A stretch of 32,692 bases of DNA, taken from NCBI GenBank assembly GCA_965234725.1, contig CBDDUX010000073.1:1-32692 (forward strand). The letters run 5' to 3'. This document shows, piece after piece, positions 8,987 to 17,642 of this stretch (positions are counted from its first letter, which is position 1; each line of letters starts with the position of its first letter). Below the pieces are notes generated by a model, which saw nothing but the letters and a program-made list of their open reading frames with translations, had not been told where the DNA came from and made no database searches. Both the position numbers and the translations under genes were made by a program. The DNA is from Thermoplasmatota archaeon (GTDB lineage Archaea > Thermoplasmatota > Penumbrarchaeia > Penumbrarchaeales > Penumbrarchaeaceae).

Positions 8987-10756
8987 ATGGACCTCGAACT
9001 TTTCAGACAGTTTGCCTTAAAGGCCGGCCAGGGGATCGGAATTGGATCCTCTGATGGAAAGATATTGTTCATGAACCGATCATTCCTCGAGATGTTGAAG
9101 ATCTCTACACTGGAAGGAGCCAGGAAGATAGAGGTGAGGGACCTCTATTTCCCTGAGGATATTGATGAAGTGGAAACGAATATGCACGGGGCTCTGGAGA
9201 ATGAAGGATCCTGGAAGACCAGCATCAAGCTTAGAAGGACAGATGGTAAGACAGTCTTCGTAGAACAGGATATCTTTGCAGTGATGGTCAATGAAACCAG
9301 ATATCTTTGCTTTCTTGTAACCGATATATCGAATCTGAAGATGATAGAGAACGATCTGAGAAATAAAAAGGAATTCTACAAGAACTTCACGGAATGCTTA
9401 GGGGATTGGGTTTGGGAGATGGACCTGGAAGGAACCCACACATACTCGAACGATGCTGTAAAGGACATATTGGGATACACCTCTGAAGAGACCATCGGTA
9501 AGGATACCACCGATTTCTGGCTTGAAAGAAATCTTACAGATGAGCAACTCGAAAGACACAAGAAGTCACTGCAAAGCGGCAAGGGATGGACCAATTTCCA
9601 GGCAGTTTTCGGTCACAAGGACGGCCATCCTGTTTATGTTCTCTCTTCAGCGGTCCCTATCATGGGCCCTAATGGTGATCTGATAGGATACCGGGGTATT
9701 GATAGGGATATCACAGATAGGGTAATGGGTACGATAAAGTTGAATGAATCGAGAAAGAGGCTAGATTCTATCATAGAGAATGCAAAGGAGATAATTTTCA
9801 CGTCCGACAATAAAGGTTGCATCGATTTCATATCCAAGGCGGTGAAGACCTCTTTGGGATATGAGCCAGAGGAAATTGTCGGGAATACAATAATCGATCT
9901 GGTACACCCCGAAGACAGGGAGCTCCTATGGAATGCTGGAAATGATTTAGTACGGACCGGTGAAGCATCCAAGGACATAGATTACAGATTGAAGAAAAAG
10001 GACGGAGGGTATGTCTGGCACAGGGTCACGATGTCTCCCAAGATCGATGGTTCAGACAATGTTCAAAAAATAGTGGGTGTGACCCTGGAGATCACACAGA
10101 GGAAGGACAATGAGAACCGAATCCTGCAGTACAACGAATTGCTGCACTTGATCAACAAGATACTCCGTCATGACCTTACGAATAATCTTTTCATGATCAG
10201 GACGGCTCTGGATTACTACAAGGATGTCAGGGATGACCAATGGCTTGGGGCTATTGAAATAAAAGCTCAGAGGTCCTTCGAATTAATAGAGCAGATGAGG
10301 TCCTTGGAAACCCTGGTGGCTTCCGGTGGGGGCCTTAGGTCCGTTGATGTCCAGGAGGCTCTGGTCAGGATAAAGATGGGGTTCGATATCCCGATCGATA
10401 TCAATTGTGACCTCAAGGTAAAAGCGGATGATGCCTTCTATTCGGTCATGGAGAATCTGATCAGGAATGCCGTTGTACACGGGAATACCGACAGGATGGA
10501 GTTCACCAGTTCCATCCTGGAGAATGGTATGGTCAAGATCGATGTGATTGACCATGGCAAGGGAATACCCGATGAGATCAAGGGGCACATCTTTGAAGAG
10601 ACGTTCAGATATGGAAAAACCGCGGGGATGGGGTTAGGTCTCTACATCGTGAAGAGGACCCTTGAGAGATATGGTGGAAGTATATCTGTTTCTGATACGA
10701 AAGGAGGGGGGGCAACTTTTTCCATCATTCTCAGTTATCTTGAGGGAACGAAGTGA
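8987..10756 (+). CDS. Multi-PAS sensor histidine kinase
   Basis: Three PAS/PAC repeats; H-box ILRHDLTN; N-box ENLIRNAVVHG; G1 DHGKGIP; G2 GMGLGL. Start placed at MDLELF after GAGAGG. Confidence 0.92.
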   Translation: MDLELFRQFALKAGQGIGIGSSDGKILFMNRSFLEMLKISTLEGARKIEVRDLYFPEDIDEVETNMHGALENEGSWKTSIKLRRTDGKTVFVEQDIFAVMVNETRYLCFLVTDISNLKMIENDLRNKKEFYKNFTECLGDWVWEMDLEGTHTYSNDAVKDILGYTSEETIGKDTTDFWLERNLTDEQLERHKKSLQSGKGWTNFQAVFGHKDGHPVYVLSSAVPIMGPNGDLIGYRGIDRDITDRVMGTIKLNESRKRLDSIIENAKEIIFTSDNKGCIDFISKAVKTSLGYEPEEIVGNTIIDLVHPEDRELLWNAGNDLVRTGEASKDIDYRLKKKDGGYVWHRVTMSPKIDGSDNVQKIVGVTLEITQRKDNENRILQYNELLHLINKILRHDLTNNLFMIRTALDYYKDVRDDQWLGAIEIKAQRSFELIEQMRSLETLVASGGGLRSVDVQEALVRIKMGFDIPIDINCDLKVKADDAFYSVMENLIRNAVVHGNTDRMEFTSSILENGMVKIDVIDHGKGIPDEIKGHIFEETFRYGKTAGMGLGLYIVKRTLERYGGSISVSDTKGGGATFSIILSYLEGTK

Positions 10757-11044
10757 CCATTCTTTCAAGACCACACTATCCTCCAGAACCTCGGGTGGGA
10801 CCTCGAAGTAAGGCATATTCATCGGTCTATCCTTGAATGGCTTGAATCTCTCCATTCCCTTCTTGATGAAATCATCTTGGTTGGTCCGATCCGTTTTAAG
10901 GTACATAGTTGCTTCATTCACAAGTCCAAAAATATTTCCATTCATATAAAGGCCGGCTCCACCGAACATCTTCCTTACTGAGAATCCATCGATCCCGGAT
11001 AGCATCTGATGGATCTGTTCCATGAATCCATCGTTTACGGACAT
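10634..11044 (-). CDS. TfoX/Sxy N-terminal-domain protein
   Basis: RKMFGGAGLY...FGLV....YLK...MPYFEVPPEVLED....EW is the TfoX_N pattern. It directly follows the YHS gene. Confidence 0.85.
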   Translation of the reverse strand: MSVNDGFMEQIHQMLSGIDGFSVRKMFGGAGLYMNGNIFGLVNEATMYLKTDRTNQDDFIKKGMERFKPFKDRPMNMPYFEVPPEVLEDSVVLKEWSLRSLKITENDGKSCPPSFRIRNRYTSTISLKGPLHDVET

Positions 11045-11049
11045 ATGGT

Positions 11050-11217
11050 TCACATCTTGACCTGGGGTTTATCGCTTCCAAGGTACTTTTCCGGTTCCTT
11101 TTCAAAGAGGAATCTACATCCAGGTGCACAGAAGTAATACTTCTTTCCCTTGTGTTCACTTGTCCATTTCGCGTTCTTTGGATCTACCATCATATGACAT
11201 ACCGGGTCCTTTTCCAT
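11050..11217 (-). CDS. YHS/TRASH-domain metal-binding protein (55 aa)
   Basis: KDPVCHMMVD...YYFCAPGC..LFEKEPEKY. Starts 1 nt after the copA stop, with SD GGAGG. Confidence 0.92.
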   Translation of the reverse strand: MEKDPVCHMMVDPKNAKWTSEHKGKKYYFCAPGCRFLFEKEPEKYLGSDKPQVKM

Positions 11218-11218
11218 T

Positions 11219-13624
11219 TCATTTCCTCCTTTTTGGTGAAAATCTTTTAAGAGTGAGAGATAAAGTGACAACGGTAACGGAGCTTGCAGCCATCGCCAGA
11301 CCTGCGAATTCAGGCCGCAGATCCACTCCCCAGGGGTGTAGAGCTCCTGCTGCAACAGGTATTAGTATCGTATTATAGGAGAAAGCCCAGAAGATATTCT
11401 GTTTGATCCTTCTCATGACCTTTCTGGATAGGAGAAGCCCATCCACACCGTCCCCGAGATCGTCCTTTACCAGCACGATCTCCCCGCTCTCCATTGCAAT
11501 GTCAGTGCCTCCACCCATAGCAATACCAACATCCGCCTGGGCCAGTGCGGGGGCATCATTGATACCATCACCGATAAAGGCTACCTTTCTCCCCTTTCCT
11601 TGAAGTTCCTTCACCTTTCTTGATTTATCCTGGGGAAGGACCTCGAAAATTACATTTTCTATCCCCACTTCCTTTGCAACAGACCTTGCGCCAGCCTCAC
11701 TGTCACCGGTTATCATTAGGATATCCAGACCAAGTTCTTTCATCCTTCTTACCGCATCTTTTGAAGACTCTTTGACAGTATCGGATATAGCCATTGCTCC
11801 CATCATCCTTCTATCAATAGAGATAAGAGAAACTGTCATTCCTTCCTTCTCCTTGGCCACCTTCCAATCATGGATCTCGGTTGGAATGTCCAAACCGTTT
11901 TCAAGGAACAGCTTTTCCCTTCCGATCATCACATCCGTTCCATCAACCGATCCCTTGATACCAAAACCTTCCACCGCCTCAACTTCTGTTGATCCCAGGA
12001 GTTTGACTCCCTTTGCACCTTCCACGATCGCAGCGGCAAGGGGATGTTCCGACCCCTTCTCCAGAGATGCAGCTATCCGCAGCAGATCTTTCTTATCCAT
12101 CCCCACGCTTTTCATATCCTTCAGAACAGGTTCGCCTTTGGTGATCGTCCCGGTCTTGTCGAGGACTACGGTATCAATTGAACCGGACCTCTGAAGTGCT
12201 TCACCGTTCCTGATAAGGATGCCCAGTTCGGCACCTCTCCCTGTTCCGACCGTTACAGCAGTTGGAGTAGCAAGTCCAAGGGCGCATGGACAGGCTATGA
12301 CAAGAACGGAGACCAGTCTGGTAAAAGAGAAGAGCAGGTCTTCACCTAGGAGGAGGAACCAGATCATGAATGTCCCTATGGCTATGATCAGGACAGCAGG
12401 TATGAAGTAGGTCACCACCCTGTCGGCGATCTTCTGTATCTCTGGTTTGGTGGCCTGCGCCTCCTCCACTGATCTGATGATGTTCGCCAGGAGTGTATCC
12501 TTGCCAACTCCTGTCGCTTCTATTGTCAGGGTCCCTTTACCATTGACGGTTCCACCAATAACCGGGTCTCCATTTCTCTTTCTCACTGGTATGGGCTCGC
12601 CTGTCACCATTGATTCATCCAGGAAGGAACTGCCTTCTGAGACCATCCCATCGACGGGGAGCCTTTCTCCCGGCCTGACAAGAACGAGATCTCCTTTCTT
12701 CACTTCCTCAATATCGACCTCCAAAGTTCCATTATCCATAACCAGTATCGCTCTTGTCGGCCGCAATCCTATCAATTTCTTTATGGCTGTATTGGTCCTA
12801 CCCTTGGCCCTAGCTTCAAGATATCTGCCAAGGGATAGGAATCCCGCAAGCATCAAAACCGTATCATAGAACATGAAATCCTCATTGAGACCCAATCTGA
12901 AGGTCCCGAGAACAGATGCACTGTATGCAGTCCCCATACCGAGAGAATACATGACATCCATGTTCAGGTTCCTATGCCTCAGGTTCCTCCATGCTGCTGA
13001 GAAGATAGGATAACTGATAAAGATGAATATAGGGGTTGTTAAAAAGAAGAGAACAAGCCCCATGTCAAAGGGAAACATGATGCCTGACCACATAAGGATC
13101 ATCAGAGGTATTCCTATCCCCAAACCCAAAAGGGACCTGATCAATTTCATCCTCTGGTCCCTTTCATATCTTTGGTCTTGCTGTTCCTGATCGACCTCTT
13201 CCGCTCGTCCTAAATAGGAATATCCGGAACCTTCCACTACTCTTTTGATGTCCGTTACCGAAACTATCGAACTGTTGTAGGATATCCTGACATTTCCTGA
13301 TGATAGGTTTACAGCCACATCATGGATCCCTTCCAATCCCAACAATACAGATTCTATCGTCGATGAACAGGTTGCACATGTCATACCATCGACCCTTATG
13401 GTAACCGAATCATGTGTTGTTCCGTACCCCAACTTTTTTACGGCACCTTCCATTTTTTTCAGATCGACGAACTCAGGATCATAGACCACATTTGCCTTGC
13501 CGGTACCAAGATTGACGTTTGCGGAGGATACGCCTTCAATATCCTCCAGTACAGATGTTATTGCTTGGGAACAAACGGCACATGTCATACCTGTGACCTG
13601 TATGTCCACCTTAGCTTTATCCAA
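11219..13624 (-). CDS. copA: Cu(I)-translocating P1B-1 ATPase
   Basis: Two GMTCxxC HMA domains, TGE, CPC, DKTGT, HP, GDGIND, and the YN and MAASS copper-site motifs. TTG start. Confidence 0.97.
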   Translation of the reverse strand: MDKAKVDIQVTGMTCAVCSQAITSVLEDIEGVSSANVNLGTGKANVVYDPEFVDLKKMEGAVKKLGYGTTHDSVTIRVDGMTCATCSSTIESVLLGLEGIHDVAVNLSSGNVRISYNSSIVSVTDIKRVVEGSGYSYLGRAEEVDQEQQDQRYERDQRMKLIRSLLGLGIGIPLMILMWSGIMFPFDMGLVLFFLTTPIFIFISYPIFSAAWRNLRHRNLNMDVMYSLGMGTAYSASVLGTFRLGLNEDFMFYDTVLMLAGFLSLGRYLEARAKGRTNTAIKKLIGLRPTRAILVMDNGTLEVDIEEVKKGDLVLVRPGERLPVDGMVSEGSSFLDESMVTGEPIPVRKRNGDPVIGGTVNGKGTLTIEATGVGKDTLLANIIRSVEEAQATKPEIQKIADRVVTYFIPAVLIIAIGTFMIWFLLLGEDLLFSFTRLVSVLVIACPCALGLATPTAVTVGTGRGAELGILIRNGEALQRSGSIDTVVLDKTGTITKGEPVLKDMKSVGMDKKDLLRIAASLEKGSEHPLAAAIVEGAKGVKLLGSTEVEAVEGFGIKGSVDGTDVMIGREKLFLENGLDIPTEIHDWKVAKEKEGMTVSLISIDRRMMGAMAISDTVKESSKDAVRRMKELGLDILMITGDSEAGARSVAKEVGIENVIFEVLPQDKSRKVKELQGKGRKVAFIGDGINDAPALAQADVGIAMGGGTDIAMESGEIVLVKDDLGDGVDGLLLSRKVMRRIKQNIFWAFSYNTILIPVAAGALHPWGVDLRPEFAGLAMAASSVTVVTLSLTLKRFSPKRRK

Positions 13625-13638
13625 GGGATCTACCCTAT

Positions 13639-13682
13639 CAACAAATGTTGTGAAGGTTTATCTATTAGACCCTTCACATATT
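13639..13682. promoter_or_regulatory. Putative operator region upstream of copA (two inverted repeats)
   Basis: CAACA-AA-TGTTG at 13639-13650 and TGTGAAGG-N14-CCTTCACA at 13649-13678. Confidence 0.5.
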
Positions 13683-14163
13683 AAGATAATTTAAGCTCCT
13701 TCAGGGTCCTTAGGACCTCATCCGCGTGACCCTCGACCTTCACCTTCCTCCATTCCTTCTTAACAATTCCCTTCTTATCGATCAGGAAGGTCGATCTCTC
13801 CACACCCATGTATTCCTTCCCGTACATCTTCTTACTTTTCCAGGCTCCATATGCTTCTAGGGCTGTATGTTCAGGATCGGATAGGAGTTTGACCTTTAGA
13901 TCATGCTTCCCGATGAACAGAAGATGGCTTTCGATTGAGTCAGGGCTGACACCAATTATTCCTGCCCCCTCCTTTGCGAAATCCTCTATCATACAAGTGA
14001 AATCCTTTGCTTCCATTGTACATCCAGAGGTATTATCCTTGGGGTAAAAATACAGGACCGTCCATTCATTTCTTGTCCCATCCAAGCAGAATTCATTTTC
14101 TTCTTGGTCCTTCAAACAGAAGGATGGGGCATTCTTTCCTGTAAGTTCAATGTCTTTGACCAT
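13681..14163 (-). CDS. bcp: Peroxiredoxin, BCP/PrxQ family
   Basis: LYFYPKDNTSGCTMEA (PxxxTxxC), GVSPD, LLSDP, KMYGKEYMGVERSTFLID, VEGHADEV. Confidence 0.95.
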   Translation of the reverse strand: MVKDIELTGKNAPSFCLKDQEENEFCLDGTRNEWTVLYFYPKDNTSGCTMEAKDFTCMIEDFAKEGAGIIGVSPDSIESHLLFIGKHDLKVKLLSDPEHTALEAYGAWKSKKMYGKEYMGVERSTFLIDKKGIVKKEWRKVKVEGHADEVLRTLKELKLS

Positions 14164-14236
14164 TTTCTTCCCTCGTTCAAGAAGAAAACACAGGTCATAT
14201 TCAGGATTATGCCTTCACATATTCGGTTCGAGGGGA

Positions 14237-14791
14237 TCACTCATTGCCTTTTGGCATAGGTGGAATGAACTCCTTGAGCTTGTTCACATTTGGATTTACC
14301 TTGCCCCAGCGTATCATGGAGAATGCAACGTCAATGATCTCCGGTCTATCCTCGAGGTACCTATCGTACTCCAATCTGATGGAGTCATAGTATTTCCTTG
14401 CGGTCATCCAGTTAGGTGCTGCAAATATCACTAAAAGATCGAATTTCCCGTTCAGGTAATATGTATCCATCAAGCGGATGTTCAATTCTCCAGGTGCATT
14501 GGTCAGATGTCTCTTTATAAGGAGTTTTGCCTGATCGGCCGTGAGGGGTTTGAGCTTGATCAGTAATATGAACGATTTCCAGCCAATGACATTCTCGTCA
14601 ACAACAGCCGTATAACCCCAGATGGCCTCCATATCTTCGAGCTTTCTTTTCTCTCTCCATACTTTCTGCCTGTAGGATCCACAGGACCTTGCTATCTCCT
14701 CGAGAGATCTGGTGGGATCTCTTAAAAGTTCGTTAAGTATCCTCTGGCCTTTGAACTCGGTTGTCAATGTGGCCTTCTCTTCAAGGGACAT
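14237..14791 (-). CDS. Lrp/AsnC-family transcriptional regulator
   Basis: N-terminal HTH (RSLEEIARSCG...VWREKRKLE...IWGYTAVVD) and a C-terminal RAM-like domain (NGKFDLLVIF). Confidence 0.85.
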   Translation of the reverse strand: MSLEEKATLTTEFKGQRILNELLRDPTRSLEEIARSCGSYRQKVWREKRKLEDMEAIWGYTAVVDENVIGWKSFILLIKLKPLTADQAKLLIKRHLTNAPGELNIRLMDTYYLNGKFDLLVIFAAPNWMTARKYYDSIRLEYDRYLEDRPEIIDVAFSMIRWGKVNPNVNKLKEFIPPMPKGNE

Positions 14792-15122
14792 GGTATCGAC
14801 CTTCGGGTCGATTGTTGTATTGCACTTAATCGTTTCGGTCCGTTTTCAGACCTACGTAACTATTTCCGATAAAAAATGTTACCTTTTCCAAACCATCGGT
14901 GAATAATAATAACGTAGATAACACATTGTGGGCCTAATTCAGGAACATTCCGCAGTGGACTTCTATTATGGAGGAGGGTTCCCTCCATCCGAACTTGGCC
15001 GAAAGGAGGGATCATTCATCCTCTCCTCTGAAAAACATTTAAAGGATAGAAGACCACTATCCGATTCAAGTTGCCGTTGATCCATTTGGGAAGACGGGAC
15101 CAGAGAGCAAAGAGGGATGCAT

Positions 15123-15473
15123 ATGCTCACAGAGATAACTCAACTGGAAGGTCTTGAGGTCATAACGGACAAGGGTCTGTCCCTTGGATACGTAGAGGAT
15201 GTCATTGTGGACCTTGAGAGCGAAGAGGTATACGAGTTGCTTGTATCGGAGACCAATGAGGAACTGGTAGAGGAAGGGGCAAGCGTTGGGGTTCCATACA
15301 GATGGATCCAATCCATATCCCGAGTGGTCCTCCTGAAGCATTTCCCTGGAAAGATCAAGAAGAAGGAACAGTTCGAGATCCCCGCTGTGGCCCAGGATGG
15401 AAGGAGAAGGAAACTCCGGGTTGTTAGGAAGGAACATGGAGATGGAGGCGTGGGCCGCCTCGGTTGGAGATAG
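15123..15473 (+). CDS. PRC-barrel domain protein (CdpB-like)
   Basis: LEGLEVITDKG..LGYVEDVIVD...VGVPYRWIQSI.RVVLLK is the archaeal PRC-barrel pattern, followed by a basic C-terminal extension. Confidence 0.85.
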   Translation: MLTEITQLEGLEVITDKGLSLGYVEDVIVDLESEEVYELLVSETNEELVEEGASVGVPYRWIQSISRVVLLKHFPGKIKKKEQFEIPAVAQDGRRRKLRVVRKEHGDGGVGRLGWR

Positions 15474-15486
15474 ATGGGTGAGACCA

Positions 15487-15705
15487 TTGGCCTTCAAAGA
15501 CCTGACACCTGCAGAGATCAAGGTATATGAATTTGTTAGGGATAACGATTTCGAGTCCAGACCCTGGGTCACCTCTTCAGCTGCACGTACCCTTGGCATG
15601 TCAGAGGAAGATGTATACAAAGCCCTATCTGAACTGACCAAGAAGATAAGGGATAATATCTGGATCCACTACGAATCAGGCCATCTGCATATATCAGCTG
15701 ATTAA
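15487..15705 (+). CDS. Small winged-helix-like protein
   Basis: TTG start after a GGGTGA SD. LTPAEIKVYEFV...TSSAARTLGMSEEDVYKALSELTKK followed by a beta-hairpin fits an HTH-wing pattern. Confidence 0.7.
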   Translation: MAFKDLTPAEIKVYEFVRDNDFESRPWVTSSAARTLGMSEEDVYKALSELTKKIRDNIWIHYESGHLHISAD

Positions 15706-17501
15706 ACGGCCTCGCTAAGTATCAGGATGACCTCCGATCCACCCTCGACATTCTCCAGCCAAACCAATCCGTTGTATCTACTGATGATCTTCTTTACGAG
15801 GTAGAGTCCGAGCATCTGGGAACCCCATTCGGTCGATGTGGGTCTTTCAAGGATCGCAACCTTCATTTCTTCAGGAATTCCTCCTCCCGTGTCCTTGAGG
15901 GTTATCCTGACCGGTTCCGGGATCAGATTGGAATAAGAGGGGTCTCGGATGATCTCAATGCCGATCCTCAGGTCCTTGCTACCGGAGTTCTGATAGGAAT
16001 TCTCCAGTATTCTGAGGAATGCTTCTTCGAGGAGCTCATCACCCATGACATGGATATCAGGTCGTCCCCAGTCTATCACCGGTATATCGTTTTCATCCTC
16101 ATGTGAATCTTTGAATCTCAATACAGCTCTCTCTATAGCCTGGTCAAGTTCGGTAGGAACTTGTTGGGTATCCGGTCTGCATCGGGACATTACCTTGACG
16201 TCCTTGATGATCGAAGAGCTCTTCTTGACCTCTGAGATGGCCCTTTTCAGATAATCATCCTTCTTGGCTTTTGGTATCTGGTCCATGGAGAGGAGCTCGA
16301 GATAACCCAAGATCCCTGCATTGACATTGTACATATCGTGGATCATCAGATCGTTGTAAAGTGTCAGTTCCTCCATTGTGTCGGTCAATTTCTCGGATTG
16401 TTCCCTGAGGGTCTGTTCCAGCCTCTTGGTCTTAGTGACATCCTGTCCCACCATGAGTACCATTGCTACAGACCCGCTCCTATCGAAGATGATCGTGTTT
16501 TCCAGAAGGATGGTGATGACCTTTCCCGAGGCCGACCGGACCCGGTTCTCGTATTGGGTCCTGAAGCCGGTACCGATGTTCCATTGGAACACCTCCAATT
16601 TCCCCTTTTCAGCATCCTTATCCACAAGGTAATCGAACCAGATCGTCTCCATTGTTTCTTTTGGATCATAACCAAGAGCCCTTTTTGCACCGCTGTTGAA
16701 CATCTTGATATGTCCTTCCATGTCGATGCCAATGACTATAGCATTTGAGTTCTCAAGCAGCTCGTCTCCGATCCCATTTTTTATCCTATCGGAGGTAAGT
16801 CCTTCCTGGACTGGTGTGATGTCCATCCAAATTTCCATCACCTGTTCAGGCTTCCCCCCCGAATATATGGGTGCGACCACCACATCAAATACCCTCTCTC
16901 CATCCGTCAATGATATGGAGACCTCGATCGTCCCACCGGTTCCATCGGTGAGCGCCTTCATCAAAAGGCCCTTTAGATCCCTTTTGGGGTACATTATGGG
17001 ATCTTTCCTCTTTGATGGAAGGTTGATCTGTTCGTCAGTGGCAGAGTTCTGGAACACCGGTTCCAGTCTTTTATTGAGAATGGCAACGGGGAAAGGGAGG
17101 TCCTCAAGCGTCTTCCGTGGGATGTCGGTGGCAGAGGTTTCACTTCTTGATTCTGAGAAGGCCCCGATCAGTCTCCTGTCCTCACTCTTACCGGACCAGG
17201 AGAACGATCCGAGAAGCAGGATAGTCGCCCCCTCCTTCAATGACCAGTTTATGGGGATGCTTTGAGCTCTCCTGGTCCTCTTGGCTTTGACCAACTCAAG
17301 GACCATGGGGATATCTGAAGCATCCACCAGATCGAAGATGAGTTTCCCTTTCAGATCGTCCTTTTCAACGGAGAGCATTTTGCACATGGATCCGTTTGCC
17401 TCTTCCACCTTACCATCCTTGTCAAGCACCATGATCCCGGTGGGAAGTTCCTCGATCAACTGAAGTTCCGTCACCTTCAGGTTGTAATCTTTTTCATTCA
17501 A
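15702..17501 (-). CDS. Multi-PAS histidine kinase-like protein with an atypical ATP-binding domain
   Basis: Three PAS-like repeats, H-box MIHDMYN, DTGGGIPEE, LGLYLVKKII. TTG start after GGGGTGA. Confidence 0.85.
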   Translation of the reverse strand: MNEKDYNLKVTELQLIEELPTGIMVLDKDGKVEEANGSMCKMLSVEKDDLKGKLIFDLVDASDIPMVLELVKAKRTRRAQSIPINWSLKEGATILLLGSFSWSGKSEDRRLIGAFSESRSETSATDIPRKTLEDLPFPVAILNKRLEPVFQNSATDEQINLPSKRKDPIMYPKRDLKGLLMKALTDGTGGTIEVSISLTDGERVFDVVVAPIYSGGKPEQVMEIWMDITPVQEGLTSDRIKNGIGDELLENSNAIVIGIDMEGHIKMFNSGAKRALGYDPKETMETIWFDYLVDKDAEKGKLEVFQWNIGTGFRTQYENRVRSASGKVITILLENTIIFDRSGSVAMVLMVGQDVTKTKRLEQTLREQSEKLTDTMEELTLYNDLMIHDMYNVNAGILGYLELLSMDQIPKAKKDDYLKRAISEVKKSSSIIKDVKVMSRCRPDTQQVPTELDQAIERAVLRFKDSHEDENDIPVIDWGRPDIHVMGDELLEEAFLRILENSYQNSGSKDLRIGIEIIRDPSYSNLIPEPVRITLKDTGGGIPEEMKVAILERPTSTEWGSQMLGLYLVKKIISRYNGLVWLENVEGGSEVILILSEAV

Positions 17502-17642
17502 TAGGTCACCCCCGATTCTGCTTGAAAGGGCTTGTTTGCTGGTTAACCCTGAGTAGATTATATAAAACTACTTCAAAGGACCATATCAACTTATGGACCC
17601 TTCCCTCCAAATGGTTTAGTAACACCGGGGCCTTGCACCTTC

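Noticed and set aside
11050..11355. 101-aa version of the YHS ORF
   Set aside because: The N-terminal 46 codons overlap copA; the true start is 11217, after GGAGG.
14968..15042. 24-codon ORF MEEGSLHP...
   Set aside because: It has no SD or recognisable feature; the region is better explained by its hairpins.
15397..15486. N-terminal extension of the wHTH ORF, or a possible frameshift fusion with the PRC gene
   Set aside because: There is a good SD plus TTG at 15487, no slippery site is evident, and read-through of the PRC TAG meets a stop after 18 codons.
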